Positions 39,998 to 49,664 of a stretch of 64,000 nucleotides of DNA are shown one piece after another. The first letter of the stretch is position 1. Each line of letters opens with the position of its first letter. Source of the DNA: Bryobacterales bacterium (GTDB lineage Bacteria > Acidobacteriota > Terriglobia > Bryobacterales > UBA6623); NCBI GenBank assembly GCA_963422375.2, contig OY729428.2, positions 1,408,001-1,472,000 on the forward strand, read 5' to 3'. Made by a program: the position numbers and the translations under genes. The notes under the pieces were generated by a model. The model had not been told where the DNA came from and did no database searches. It was given only the letters and a program-made list of their open reading frames with translations.

Positions 39998-40582
39998 GTG
40001 GCTCTGACTGAATCCACGATGCTGCCTCTTGGGACGGCAGCGCCGGACTTCGCTCTTCGTGACGCTGTCTCGAGGGGCACCTTCGCGCTCGGCGACATCG
40101 CCGAGGGTAAGCGCGGCGTCTTGGTGATGTTCATCTGCGCGCACTGCCCCTTCGTCATTCACGTGCAGGAAGAACTCGCCCGTTTTGGCACTGACTACCG
40201 GGCGGCCGGCCTAGGGATTGCGGCGATATCGTCGAACAGCGTGGTCAGCCATCCGGAGGATGCGCCCGACAAGCTCAAGGTCATGGCCGAGAGGCTGGGA
40301 TTCGCCTTCCCGTTCCTCTACGACGAGTCGCAGGATGTCGCGAAGGCCTACACGGCCGCCTGCACGCCCGACTTCTTCCTGTTCGACGCCGACTGCCGGC
40401 TCGCCTACCGCGGGCGCCTGGACTCGAGCCGCCCGGGCAACGGTGTACCTGTCGACGGCCGTGACTTGCGGGCCGCCATCGACTCCGTCCTGAAGGGCGA
40501 GCCCGTGTCCGGACAGCAGTTTCCGAGCGCGGGCTGCAACATCAAGTGGGCGGCGGGCAACGCGCCGTTGTATTTCGGCTAG
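39998..40582 (+). CDS. Thioredoxin-family (AhpC/TSA redoxin-like) protein
   Basis: MFICAHCPFV, YDESQDVAKAYTAACTPDFFLF and GCNIKW motifs. Confidence 0.92.
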   Translation: MALTESTMLPLGTAAPDFALRDAVSRGTFALGDIAEGKRGVLVMFICAHCPFVIHVQEELARFGTDYRAAGLGIAAISSNSVVSHPEDAPDKLKVMAERLGFAFPFLYDESQDVAKAYTAACTPDFFLFDADCRLAYRGRLDSSRPGNGVPVDGRDLRAAIDSVLKGEPVSGQQFPSAGCNIKWAAGNAPLYFG

Positions 40583-41208
40583 TCCGCCCGGCGTTGCATC
40601 CGAGCGCCACCGCGCCGGAAGGCGGCGGTTTCGAGTTCGCGGGCCGAGCAAGCGCGTCGGCTTGGGACCTCGCCGATGCGGGTGGGTGCCGCGTGGCTCG
40701 ATAGGCTGGCTGCGACGCCACTGCCGCCCCGGTGGCCGTCAGGGGCAAGTTCCGGCTTGCGAAGTCCACCGCTCGGGTGGAACGCGCTGCCCGCTCGGAC
40801 ACTTCGTCCCGAGAGGAATCCTCTCTCCCCTGTGACTTGCTAGGCATCCCTCATGCGCCGCGGGTGCGCCCTGATGCGGCCCGCAAGGCGGGATCGGGCC
40901 CCGGTGAGCCGGGCGATCGACAACTAGGGTCCGTACCCAGCCGCCGCAACGGGCGTGTTCCGCCCGTCTCTAGGCGCGCCCCCGGTTGCCGGCAACCGGG
41001 GCGCGTTGACTGTCGCCGGAGCCAAGCGCACGTGCTGCACCGAACGAGCCCGCCCCTTGCCGTAGACCTTGCTGGCCGACGGCTAGAGGCTCGCGACAAC
41101 CGGAAACGGCGTCGCAGGCGCAACGCACGCTCGGAGCGTGTTGTGCGCGGATGCAGCGGAACCAAAGGCCGTCTGGCGGCCCGGCTGGTCCCCTCGGAAT
41201 GCTGACGC

Positions 41209-41580
41209 TTACGCGGCCCGCTTGTAGCTGGTGCCCGTGGCGGCGAAGCCGGAGCAGTCGTACTCGTCCTGGCAGTACACGCAGAGCGTGGTCCAAGGGA
41301 TGGCCTCGAGCCTGTTGGGGTTGATCTCGGCGCCGCAGTCCTGGCAGATGCCGTACTCGTCGATGTCCAGCAGCTTGAGCGCCGTCTCGACCGACCGGCG
41401 AGTCTCCCAGTCGTTGTTGATCACGCTGATGGTGAGATCCAGTTCGAAGCGGTTCTGCATCTGATCCATCGGATCGTTGCAGCGCTCGCGGATCAGCTCG
41501 TCTCGCGTATCCCTCCTAGTGAGGTCATCGAGCTTGGCCAGCAGCCGCTGGCGCACCGGGTCCTTGATGTGTTGTAGCAT
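41209..41580 (-). CDS. TraR/DksA C4 zinc-finger family protein
   Basis: DPMDQ coiled-coil tip; YGICQDCGAEINPNRLEAIPWTTLCVYCQ; AGGAGAG RBS upstream. Confidence 0.9.
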   Translation of the reverse strand: MLQHIKDPVRQRLLAKLDDLTRRDTRDELIRERCNDPMDQMQNRFELDLTISVINNDWETRRSVETALKLLDIDEYGICQDCGAEINPNRLEAIPWTTLCVYCQDEYDCSGFAATGTSYKRAA

Positions 41581-41688
41581 CGTTCTCTCTCCTTGTGGCC
41601 GACCTCGAGTGCTGTTGCTGACAGGTCGCCGCCCGCCTTGCGGCACGGCTATACACTCGGTCCGACTACCCTAGCTTATATAGTATAA

Positions 41689-41715
41689 TACGAAAACCAC
41701 CGGCCAGTGGTTGCA
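41689..41715 (-). promoter_or_regulatory. Putative ECF-sigma promoter with palindromic spacer upstream of dksA-like gene
   Basis: Minus strand TGCAAC-N17-CGTA. The spacer overlaps the near-palindrome AACCACCGGCCAGTGGTT (41695-41712). Confidence 0.45.
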
Positions 41716-41801
41716 CATCGGAGAAAAGATTTCTTTTTTCTGGTTTTGCCGGGATTGCGTGCCGGGTTGCGACGCTCGGCAAGCTCCCCTCCGGCGTGCC
41801 G

Positions 41802-42569
41802 TTAGCCGCTCGCGGCCCGCGTCGGGACGGACCTTGCGGACCGGTGCTCGGGCCCGCCGGTTCGGCCGCCCGACGCTGCCTCCCGCGCTAGCTGCAGCGC
41901 GCCAACCAGCATAGGCATGGTCAGCCGCCCGGTCTGGGTGTTCTGCAGGCTGGGGTGGTAGCTGCAGAGCAGTTCCGGGCCGTCGCCGGGCAGCTGGTAG
42001 CGCGCGCCGTGCTTGAATCGCACGGTGCTCTTCCGCACCCGGACGCCCCGGTCTCGGACCACGGCTAGGTACGCGTCGAACGCGAGCTTGCCGAGCGCGA
42101 GTACCGCACGGATGCGCGGGAGGAGCGCGACTTCGCGGGCCAGGAACCCCCGGCAGTTCGCGAACTCCTCGGAGGTCGGGCGGTTTTGCGGCGGGGCGCA
42201 GCGGACTGCCGACGAGATGTAGCAGTCCTTCAGCCGAAGCCCGTCGCTGCGCGCAATGGCGGTCGCCTGCGAGGCGTAGCCGGTCTCGTGCAGCGCCGCG
42301 TAGAGGAAGTCGCCCGAACCGTCCCCGGTGAACACGCGGCCCGTCCGGTTCGCACCGTGGGCCCCGGGAGCCAGTCCGACTAGAAGCAGGCGCGCTTCGG
42401 CGTCTCCGAACGATGGCACGGGCCTGCCCCAGTAGTCCCACTCTCGGTACGCCCTGCGCTTCGCGGCGGCCACCCGGCGGCAGTGCTCGACCAGTCGGGG
42501 GCAGCGCTCGCAGGCGACGATCTCGCCCTGCAGGGCGGCCAGCTCCGTCCCGCGGTTGTCCGATGCCAT
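41802..42569 (-). CDS. Uracil-DNA glycosylase, family 5 (UdgB-like)
   Basis: CERCPRL 4Fe-4S motif; GLAPGAHGANRTGRVFTGDGSG; VRCAPPQNRP; SYHPS.QNT.TG. Confidence 0.92.
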   Translation of the reverse strand: MASDNRGTELAALQGEIVACERCPRLVEHCRRVAAAKRRAYREWDYWGRPVPSFGDAEARLLLVGLAPGAHGANRTGRVFTGDGSGDFLYAALHETGYASQATAIARSDGLRLKDCYISSAVRCAPPQNRPTSEEFANCRGFLAREVALLPRIRAVLALGKLAFDAYLAVVRDRGVRVRKSTVRFKHGARYQLPGDGPELLCSYHPSLQNTQTGRLTMPMLVGALQLAREAASGGRTGGPEHRSARSVPTRAASG

Positions 42570-42779
42570 GCTCGGCAGCAGACTACCAGATAGCGTGGGG
42601 GGCGCGCGGCAACGGTGCCCTCGGGCCTCGGGGACCGCTGCGCAGGCTGGCCGGCAGAGGGGCCGTCTTGCCAGTTTCCGCTTGATCTGCTATAAACGCG
42701 CCAACTCGAGCGCGCCGGATGGCCGACGCTTGTATCCGCCAAGAAAGCGAGAGCCTGGTCTTCGTCGCGGGAGGAGTCA

Positions 42780-43394
42780 ATGCCCGGCGACGTGCCTTCT
42801 CTGAATCGTCCCTCGCCAAAGCGGGGGCGGTCCGCGTCCAGGACGTCGCGGCCTTCGGCGCGAGGTTCGGCGAATGCTCGTCGCGGCGGACCCTCGCGAG
42901 CGGCGATCCGGGAGCGCGCCGCCGAGATTCAGCAGGCCGAACTCTTCGGCCGCGCGGCGGGCCTGTTCCAGGAAGGCAAGTACGGCATGGCGCGTCGTGT
43001 CCTCGACCGGGTGCAGTCGGGCCCGGACACGGCGCTTTGCCACAGGGCGCGCGTGTACATGGAGGTCTGCAAGCGCAGGACCGCGCGGAAGCGCCCCAAG
43101 CTCGAGACGGTGGAGGACTACTACAACCTGGCCGTCCGGTGCGTGAACGACGGCGCATTCGACGAAGCCGTGCGAGTCTGCAACCGGGGAATCGCCAAGG
43201 ACGCCTCCGAATCCCACCTGCACTACATCAAGGCGGTCGCTAAGGTCCTGGCCGGCCAGACCATCGGCGGGGCCGCTTCGCTCCGGAAGGCGATCGCCCT
43301 CGACCCGAGCATCCGGCTGATCGCCAAGGGGGATCCTGACTTGCACGAAGTGATCGGGACCAAGACCTTCGTGCGCATCACCGCCCCGGCATAG
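42780..43394 (+). CDS. TPR-like hypothetical protein
   Basis: Helical repeats (YYNLAV, HLHYIKA, LRKAIALDP...DPDL). Start uncertain. Confidence 0.7.
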   Translation: MPGDVPSLNRPSPKRGRSASRTSRPSARGSANARRGGPSRAAIRERAAEIQQAELFGRAAGLFQEGKYGMARRVLDRVQSGPDTALCHRARVYMEVCKRRTARKRPKLETVEDYYNLAVRCVNDGAFDEAVRVCNRGIAKDASESHLHYIKAVAKVLAGQTIGGAASLRKAIALDPSIRLIAKGDPDLHEVIGTKTFVRITAPA

Positions 43395-43398
43395 ACCG

Positions 43399-44148
43399 CT
43401 ACCTCGGGCCGACATTCGCCCGGGTCGTCGGGCCCGCGGGCCGTCGGAAGACGATAATGTGCTGGGAGGGCAGGAAGTCCATCACTTCGACGAACTCGAA
43501 GCCGACCGGCTCGATCTCCCGCCGCACCTCGTCCAAGCTCATCTTGTGCAGGGGATGGATCGGGATCCACGGATCCTCCTTGCGGTATTCGACGAGCACC
43601 AGCCGTCCTCCGGGCTCGAGTGACCGCAGCACGTGCTGCATCGTCAGCGCGGGACGGGCCAGCTCGTGGTACACGTCTACCAGCAGGGCGAGGCTGGCCT
43701 CGCTATCGGGAAGGCGTGGATTCTCCTGAGTAGCGAGGACCGTCTCGACGTTCTCGATGCCGCGACGCTCCAGATTGCGGGCGAGCATGGCGAGCATCTG
43801 CGGTTGGACGTCGGTCGCGATGACCTTGCCTAGGTTGCCCACCTGCCTCGCTAGGCGCCAGGTGAAATAGCCCACTCCGGCGCCGAGGTCGATTACGGTG
43901 GATCCCTCGGGGATCCGCAGGGCGGCCACCACGCGGTCGGGCTGCTCCTCGCTCTCCCGCTCCGGGCGCGTCAGCCAGTCCGCTCCGAGGTAGCTCATCA
44001 CCGGCGCGATCTCCCGGCGCGCCAGCGGCACGTCGGACCCTCGCTGGCCGCCGCGTTCCGGACTGCGGGAGGGACGGTGCTCTTGCGATGTTGCGGGCAG
44101 TGCGAGGCAGAGCGCGAATGCCGCCACGGCCCAGCGGGTTGTTGTCAT
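43399..44148 (-). CDS. Class I SAM-dependent methyltransferase with signal peptide
   Basis: IDLGAGVGYF, ATDVQPQML, LVDVYHE and PGGRLVLVEY motifs. Confidence 0.9.
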   Translation of the reverse strand: MTTTRWAVAAFALCLALPATSQEHRPSRSPERGGQRGSDVPLARREIAPVMSYLGADWLTRPERESEEQPDRVVAALRIPEGSTVIDLGAGVGYFTWRLARQVGNLGKVIATDVQPQMLAMLARNLERRGIENVETVLATQENPRLPDSEASLALLVDVYHELARPALTMQHVLRSLEPGGRLVLVEYRKEDPWIPIHPLHKMSLDEVRREIEPVGFEFVEVMDFLPSQHIIVFRRPAGPTTRANVGPR

Positions 44149-44156
44149 GCCGGATT

Positions 44157-45080
44157 TCAGCCGTGCGCTAGCAGGCCGTGCTGGGCCATGAGCGCTCGCA
44201 GGTCATCCCGGTCCGTCGGAACCATCGGGATGAGCGGCGGGCGCACGAACGCGGGGCCCATGCCTGCGAGCGCCATGGCCGTCTTGATCATCGACACCTT
44301 GTATCCGGGCCGCCGGTTCCGTAGTTCGTACATCGGCAGGACCAAGTCGTTCAGGACGCGGTTAACCCCGGCGAAGTCGCCCGCCCGCGCTAGTTCCCGG
44401 ATGCGCAGGGTGACCCGCGGCATGAAGCAGGCCAGGCCGGAGGTAAAGGTTCGGACGCCGAGGCTCCAGAAGCTCGGTACGAAGGGCTCCGCCATCCCGT
44501 TAATCCAGCGAAAGCGGTCTCCGAAATGCCGGCGAACGTTCATGTAGTGGGAGAGATTGCCGTTCTCGTCTTTGACCGTGCAGATGTTCTCGACATCCGC
44601 GAGACGGTCCAGGAGCGTGAGCGGTAATACGCCGCTCCATTTGGTTTGGTAGAGGATGACGCTGATTTCAGCTGCGTCGGCAACGCCTCTGTAGTAGTCG
44701 GCAAGACCCGGCTCGTTGGCGTCCCCCATGTAGGGAGCGATGCAGAGCACGGCCTTGGCGCCCGCGCGACGGGCGATCGCAGCTTGCGCTCTGGCCGCCG
44801 ACCAGCTCTGGCCGACGCCGAAGATCAGGTAGGTCCGACCCGCGGCTGCTCCACCGGCCACCGCGCAGATGCGTTCGTACTCGGACAACGCGAGCGCATG
44901 GATTTCGCCGTTGCTTCCGCAGAAACACAGCGCCTCGAGCCCGCTCGCGAGCATCCGCTCGGCATGCGAGCGCAGGGCCGTTTCGTCAAGGCTCAGATCG
45001 TCGGTCCAAGGTGTGACAGGGAACCCGACGGTTCCTTCCAGCCGGGGTGACTCGATCGGCATACGGGCGAGGATCTCCAA
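44157..45080 (-). CDS. Dihydrodipicolinate synthase family (5-dehydro-4-deoxyglucarate dehydratase-like)
   Basis: FPVTP, CGSNGE, ILYQ, VKDENG Schiff-base Lys and VRPPL motifs. Start 45080 or 45062. Confidence 0.88.
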   Translation of the reverse strand: MEILARMPIESPRLEGTVGFPVTPWTDDLSLDETALRSHAERMLASGLEALCFCGSNGEIHALALSEYERICAVAGGAAAGRTYLIFGVGQSWSAARAQAAIARRAGAKAVLCIAPYMGDANEPGLADYYRGVADAAEISVILYQTKWSGVLPLTLLDRLADVENICTVKDENGNLSHYMNVRRHFGDRFRWINGMAEPFVPSFWSLGVRTFTSGLACFMPRVTLRIRELARAGDFAGVNRVLNDLVLPMYELRNRRPGYKVSMIKTAMALAGMGPAFVRPPLIPMVPTDRDDLRALMAQHGLLAHG

Positions 45081-45999
45081 GAACGACGTTACAAGATACC
45101 AGCACCCGGCTCCGCCGGCGCCTCCGCCTAGCCGGAATGCGGGCCGACTCGGTTCGCGTGCATGGCGCGGTGGGCGGCTAGGCGGGCCGGCCGCTGTCGG
45201 ACCACGAGCCTGGACTGGGGAGGGGGGCTGCAGCCATGGAGTAACCGGCTTGAGTACGGCGCTCGTCGGATGCTGCCGACGTGCCTCCAGCCGACCAGCT
45301 GGGCTTGCTGCCCTTCATGCCGGAAGCTCTGGGCGCTCGACGCCACGCGCTGCTGGGCGGCACGGCCCCCGGTATGCAGATCGGAAGAGCGGACCCTGTT
45401 GGCAAGACCGTCGCGAGTGGTCGTGCGCAGCTGATCGAAGGATCGCCTGTCCCCCGGCCGCGCGTTCCCCAGCGGATCGGGACAGGCGGCCCGCACTTCT
45501 CCAATTGGGCTCAAGAGCGTCAAGTCGCCCGCCCGGGTGCCGCCCGCGGGAGGGTCGGTGACCGGCGTGCCAGATCCGGCCACGGACCCGGCCGCTGCCA
45601 GCGGAGACGTCCGGCGGATTGCGGTCGCCCGCGAGAAATGCTCGCATCTGGGCACTGCATCTCCTCGCTCTGTCGCGAATCCTGTGACAGAAGCTTGGCC
45701 CGGCGTCCCTCATGCCGCGGCCCCAATGCCCGTCGGGCCGCTTCCGGGGGGCCCAAACGCGCTGCGCATCCTGCTCGTCTGCGACCGGTGGTGGGAGGTG
45801 CGCATCTACAACTCCCGCCAGCGCCAAGAAACCTCGCCCCACCCTGAGAAAACCTACCAGAATCGCCAACCGGGGAAGAAATTCCCCTTCCGAGGCCAGT
45901 TGAAGTGATATGTTCGCGCCCGGCGCAGGGATCGCTTGGTTCCCATTAGCGGGGATTCAGCGCAGCCTGCCGACAGTCAACCGGTTCTTGGAGGATAAA

Positions 46000-46326
46000 A
46001 TGGCAACCAGAATCATCATCGGCCTCGCCTTGCTCTTGGCGATCGTGATGGTCGCAGCCCCGGCCGCAGACGCGAGCGGAATGCTTTCGCTCGGACTAGT
46101 CGTACTGGGCCTGGCTTACGCCGCGCTGGCGATCGACCCTGAAGACGCAGTCGCGTACTTGGTCGTCACGCTCGCCGTTGGCGGAGCCGCGAACGCAGAC
46201 GTTCTCAACCACATTCCCGCGATAGGCGGTCACTTGGACGGCATCGTCGGCCACGTCAGCACCGCCCTGTACGCAGGCGTGGTCACCGTGCTCGCGAGAA
46301 GGGTCGTCAACCGCCTTAAGGGTTGA
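46000..46326 (+). CDS. Small multi-pass membrane hypothetical protein
   Basis: GGAGG RBS; 108 aa with about 4 hydrophobic segments. Confidence 0.75.
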   Translation: MATRIIIGLALLLAIVMVAAPAADASGMLSLGLVVLGLAYAALAIDPEDAVAYLVVTLAVGGAANADVLNHIPAIGGHLDGIVGHVSTALYAGVVTVLARRVVNRLKG

Positions 46327-47673
46327 CTGCGGCCGTTGCCGGCCGCTCGTCACGCGACTCCTCTCGCCCCGACTGAATCGTGGATGGCTAATGTGTCCGG
46401 GGATTTCATGCCGCACGTGGCGCGGTGGAGCGGCGTCTGCTGCTGCGTCCATGCATCGCTCGCCCGGTGTGGCGACCGCTACGGATCCCTTGCCAGGGCG
46501 GCGTTGTTCCGATACGACGGCCGACGCGTCAGCGGACGGCCGAGCACGGGGCCCCAGTTTGCGCGAGCCTGCGCTGCTTCAAGAGCGCGGGTTGATCGTT
46601 CGCAACAATTCCAGTCAGGCATGCGTCGCTTGCGGGACCGGATGGCGGTGTCATTGGGGCGCTCTGTTGCCGAGGTCCGTTCGTAGGCGGAGTCAACTCA
46701 ACGAAGGTGCAGCTCGGTCGAAGCCGAATTCCGTCGACCCGCCCGAGGCCCCGGCCGCGACACTCGCTGTGCGTGCGTGGCACGGTAGCATTCTCACCTC
46801 TAGGGTGCCGACTCGACTCTGATTGCGGGCGCTCCCGGACCTCGACCTCAGATGCGAGTCAGCGTTGATTCCACGAGCGCCCGGCCCTCATAGCGAAGAA
46901 ATGGCCTTCAGCGACGTGTCCGCCCAAGCGCTCCCCTGGGCGTCGGAAGGGCGCGCCTCTGACCAACAAGTGGCGCTGCGATCTGCTGGACCCGGAGCGG
47001 GGGAGACCGGCGCACGCCGCGCCCCGGTCCGGCCCGGGGCGCTCCAATGACGCGGTCCGGGGGCGGGAATCCGGCCGCGGGAGTGGCTGGAACAGGAACG
47101 AGGCTCTTGGATCCACTTCGAGGGTAGAGTCGCTTAGCGATCGGAGAGTCCTCAGACATCTTGGCGTTGAAGGGACGGAGCAATTTCACGGACCTGCCGA
47201 AGCTCCATATTTCACAAGGAGTCTCAGCGAGCGGCGGAAATCCGACCGACTGATTGGTCCGGTCGCGGGTTCAAATCGGGTCCCGTCGGATGGAATCCTC
47301 ATCCTAACTGTCGGTTCGGCGCGAGCCATCCGCGAGTTCGCGGCGGGACCGTTGGATGGGGAATCACGCACATCGACGGTGTCGAAGCAGCCCCGTGTCG
47401 ATGCCGACCAGACGCGCTTGCATCCGGCGCGCTTCTCGCAATCCGTCGGAGTGGTCCTACCTGCTAGATCGCAAGCGAGCCGACGACAGGATGATTGAAA
47501 CTTCTCCCATCACCGATGAATCGACCCTTTTTTGAAGCCGTATTCAATAGTGAATCAATGATATATTATCGCCTTCCGAGTCGATTACAACAGAGTTTAT
47601 GGCTCAAGTTGTTCTGAAATCATTGGAATTCAATTCGGACGGACACCATTCTATAGCTCTTCAAATCTAACCA

Positions 47674-49522
47674 GGCTTGTGACAGAACGTCCAAGCCCTT
47701 AGTTTCCAAGAGGTTGCAGCAGATCCGTGGGACGAAGATCGGGTCGATCCGGGCCGGCTTGCGCATTTCCGGGGCGTTGTGCGGCAATTTTCGTTGAGGA
47801 ACTGCCCGTGAGGACCGTTCAGGAGATCCAGTTCACCCTTGGCCAGACCGCAATCGAGGATATTGATCTTGACGTCCTTTCCCGCGAAGATATCCCGGCC
47901 ATCCTGCGATGAATACAGTTTCTCTATCGCACCAAGGAGTTGCGGGACAAGGTTTTCTACCTGCTCGAGAGCCGTATCCTCGGTCTCAGCGAGAGTGGCG
48001 GGGACGGCGAGAACGGAAGCGATTCTTCTGCGGGCGAGTCCGGCAGGATCAATCCTGCCGTCGGTCGTCCCGGCATGCAGCTGTGGAACATTCTCGTCTT
48101 GGGCCTGCTCAAGTAGGGATTGAATTGCGACTACGACCGCGTGACGGAGCTGGCGAACAAGCACGCGGACGTCCGGCGCTTCCTCGGTCTGAACGCGACG
48201 CTCGACGAGCAGGTCTTCAGCTACCGGACAGTCAACCGGAATCTGAAGCTTCTCACACCCGATCTCCTCGCGGAAATCAATCAGCTGGTCGTGCAGGAGG
48301 GGCACGCGCTGGCGGGGTACGAGGAAGGCGAGCCGCTGAAGGCGCGGTGCGACTCGTTCGTGGTGGAAACGAACGTGCATTACCCGGCCGACGTGAGTCT
48401 GCTGTGGGACGCGTTGCGTTGCCTGATTCGCTCTATTGCGCCGCTGTGCAAGGGGCGCGGCATCGCGGGCTGGCGGCAGAGCGCGCAGATGCTGAAGAGG
48501 ATGAAGCAGAAATTCAACCGGGTGCGGCAGGCGAAGAAGAGGAAAAGCAACCCGGAGAGGGTGCAGTCGTACCTGGCGGCAGCCTTGGAGATAGCGCGGC
48601 GGGCGGAGGGTGCGCTGGCGGCCCTGGAGCGGGCCGGGGAAGACGAGGGAACCCTGGGAGAGGCAAGGGGTTACCTCGGGTACGTGCAGCTCCTGGCGGA
48701 CCAAGTGGAGCGGCGCGTGCTGCGGGGGGAGAAGATCCCCCACGAGGAGAAAGTGTTCTCGATCTTCGAGGAACACACCCGCTGGTGCGTGAAAGGAAAA
48801 GCGGGGGTGCCGGTGGAGCTGGGCGTGCCGGTATGCATCGTGGAGAGCGAGCACGGATTCGTGATGAATCACGAAGTGATGTGGAAGGGAAGCGACGTGG
48901 ACGTAGCGGTGGGAATTGTCGAGGGAGCGCAGGGGATGTACGCGGGGTTGTCGAGTTGCAGCTTTGACAAAGGCTTTCACAGCCCGGCGAACCGGACGCG
49001 CTTAGCGAAGCTGCTCTCGTGCAACGCGATGCCGCGAAAGGGGAGGCTATCGAAGGCGGAGAAGGAGGCGGAAAGCGCGCCTGAATTCGTGGCTGTGGGG
49101 CAGGCGCACCCAGCCGTGGAGTCCGCGATCAACAATCTCGAGTGCCGCGGTCCGGACAGGGTGATGGACCGGGGAGCGGAGGGATTCGAGCGGATGATCG
49201 GGCTAGCGGTCCTGGCAGCCAACGTGCATCGAGTGGGCCGGATCCTGCGCGACAGAGAGAGGGATCGTCTCAAGACGGGACCCTTTCCGCTGGCTGCATA
49301 GGCAGTCGGCAGCGATCTAGATTGCTCTGAATAGAAACCTTGAAGAGACAAGGTTCAGGAAAAGTGTACCACTAGAATAGAACTAACTGTTTCCTCACAA
49401 TGAAAATGGAATATGAGGCAATGAGTTCGGGTAATTGGCGCAGTCTGTTCCTTCCATAGCTATCATTTGGTCGGTCTTCATCGGCTAGAATCCCCGAAAT
49501 ATCAGGTTCTTGTCACAAGCAC
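47674..49522 (+). mobile_element. ISNCY-family (ISDol1-like) DDE element, transposase pseudogene 47808-49301
   Basis: IRs GGCTTGTGACAG / GTGCTTGTGACAAG; 6 bp TSD TAACCA/TAACTA; motifs SREDIP, GRPGM, CDSFVVETNVHYP, KVFSIFEEHT, SFDKGF and AVESAIN; stops at 47910 and 48114. Confidence 0.85.
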
Positions 49523-49664
49523 TAACTAGAGATAGTGCACCTCTTGCAGGTGTCAGTGCTAGAATACCTAGAATTCGAAGTGTACCTTCCGAAACAACAC
49601 TTGCAGGGACTGAGAATTCGGATTCTTGCAGTCAGATTTCCGCTCCTCCGTGGCCATTTACCTA

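Noticed and set aside
47255..47290. tRNA-like GGTTCAAATC as a tRNA fragment or att site
   Set aside because: The T-stem does not pair and it does not match the 3' end of tRNA-Val; no att duplication or integrase was found.
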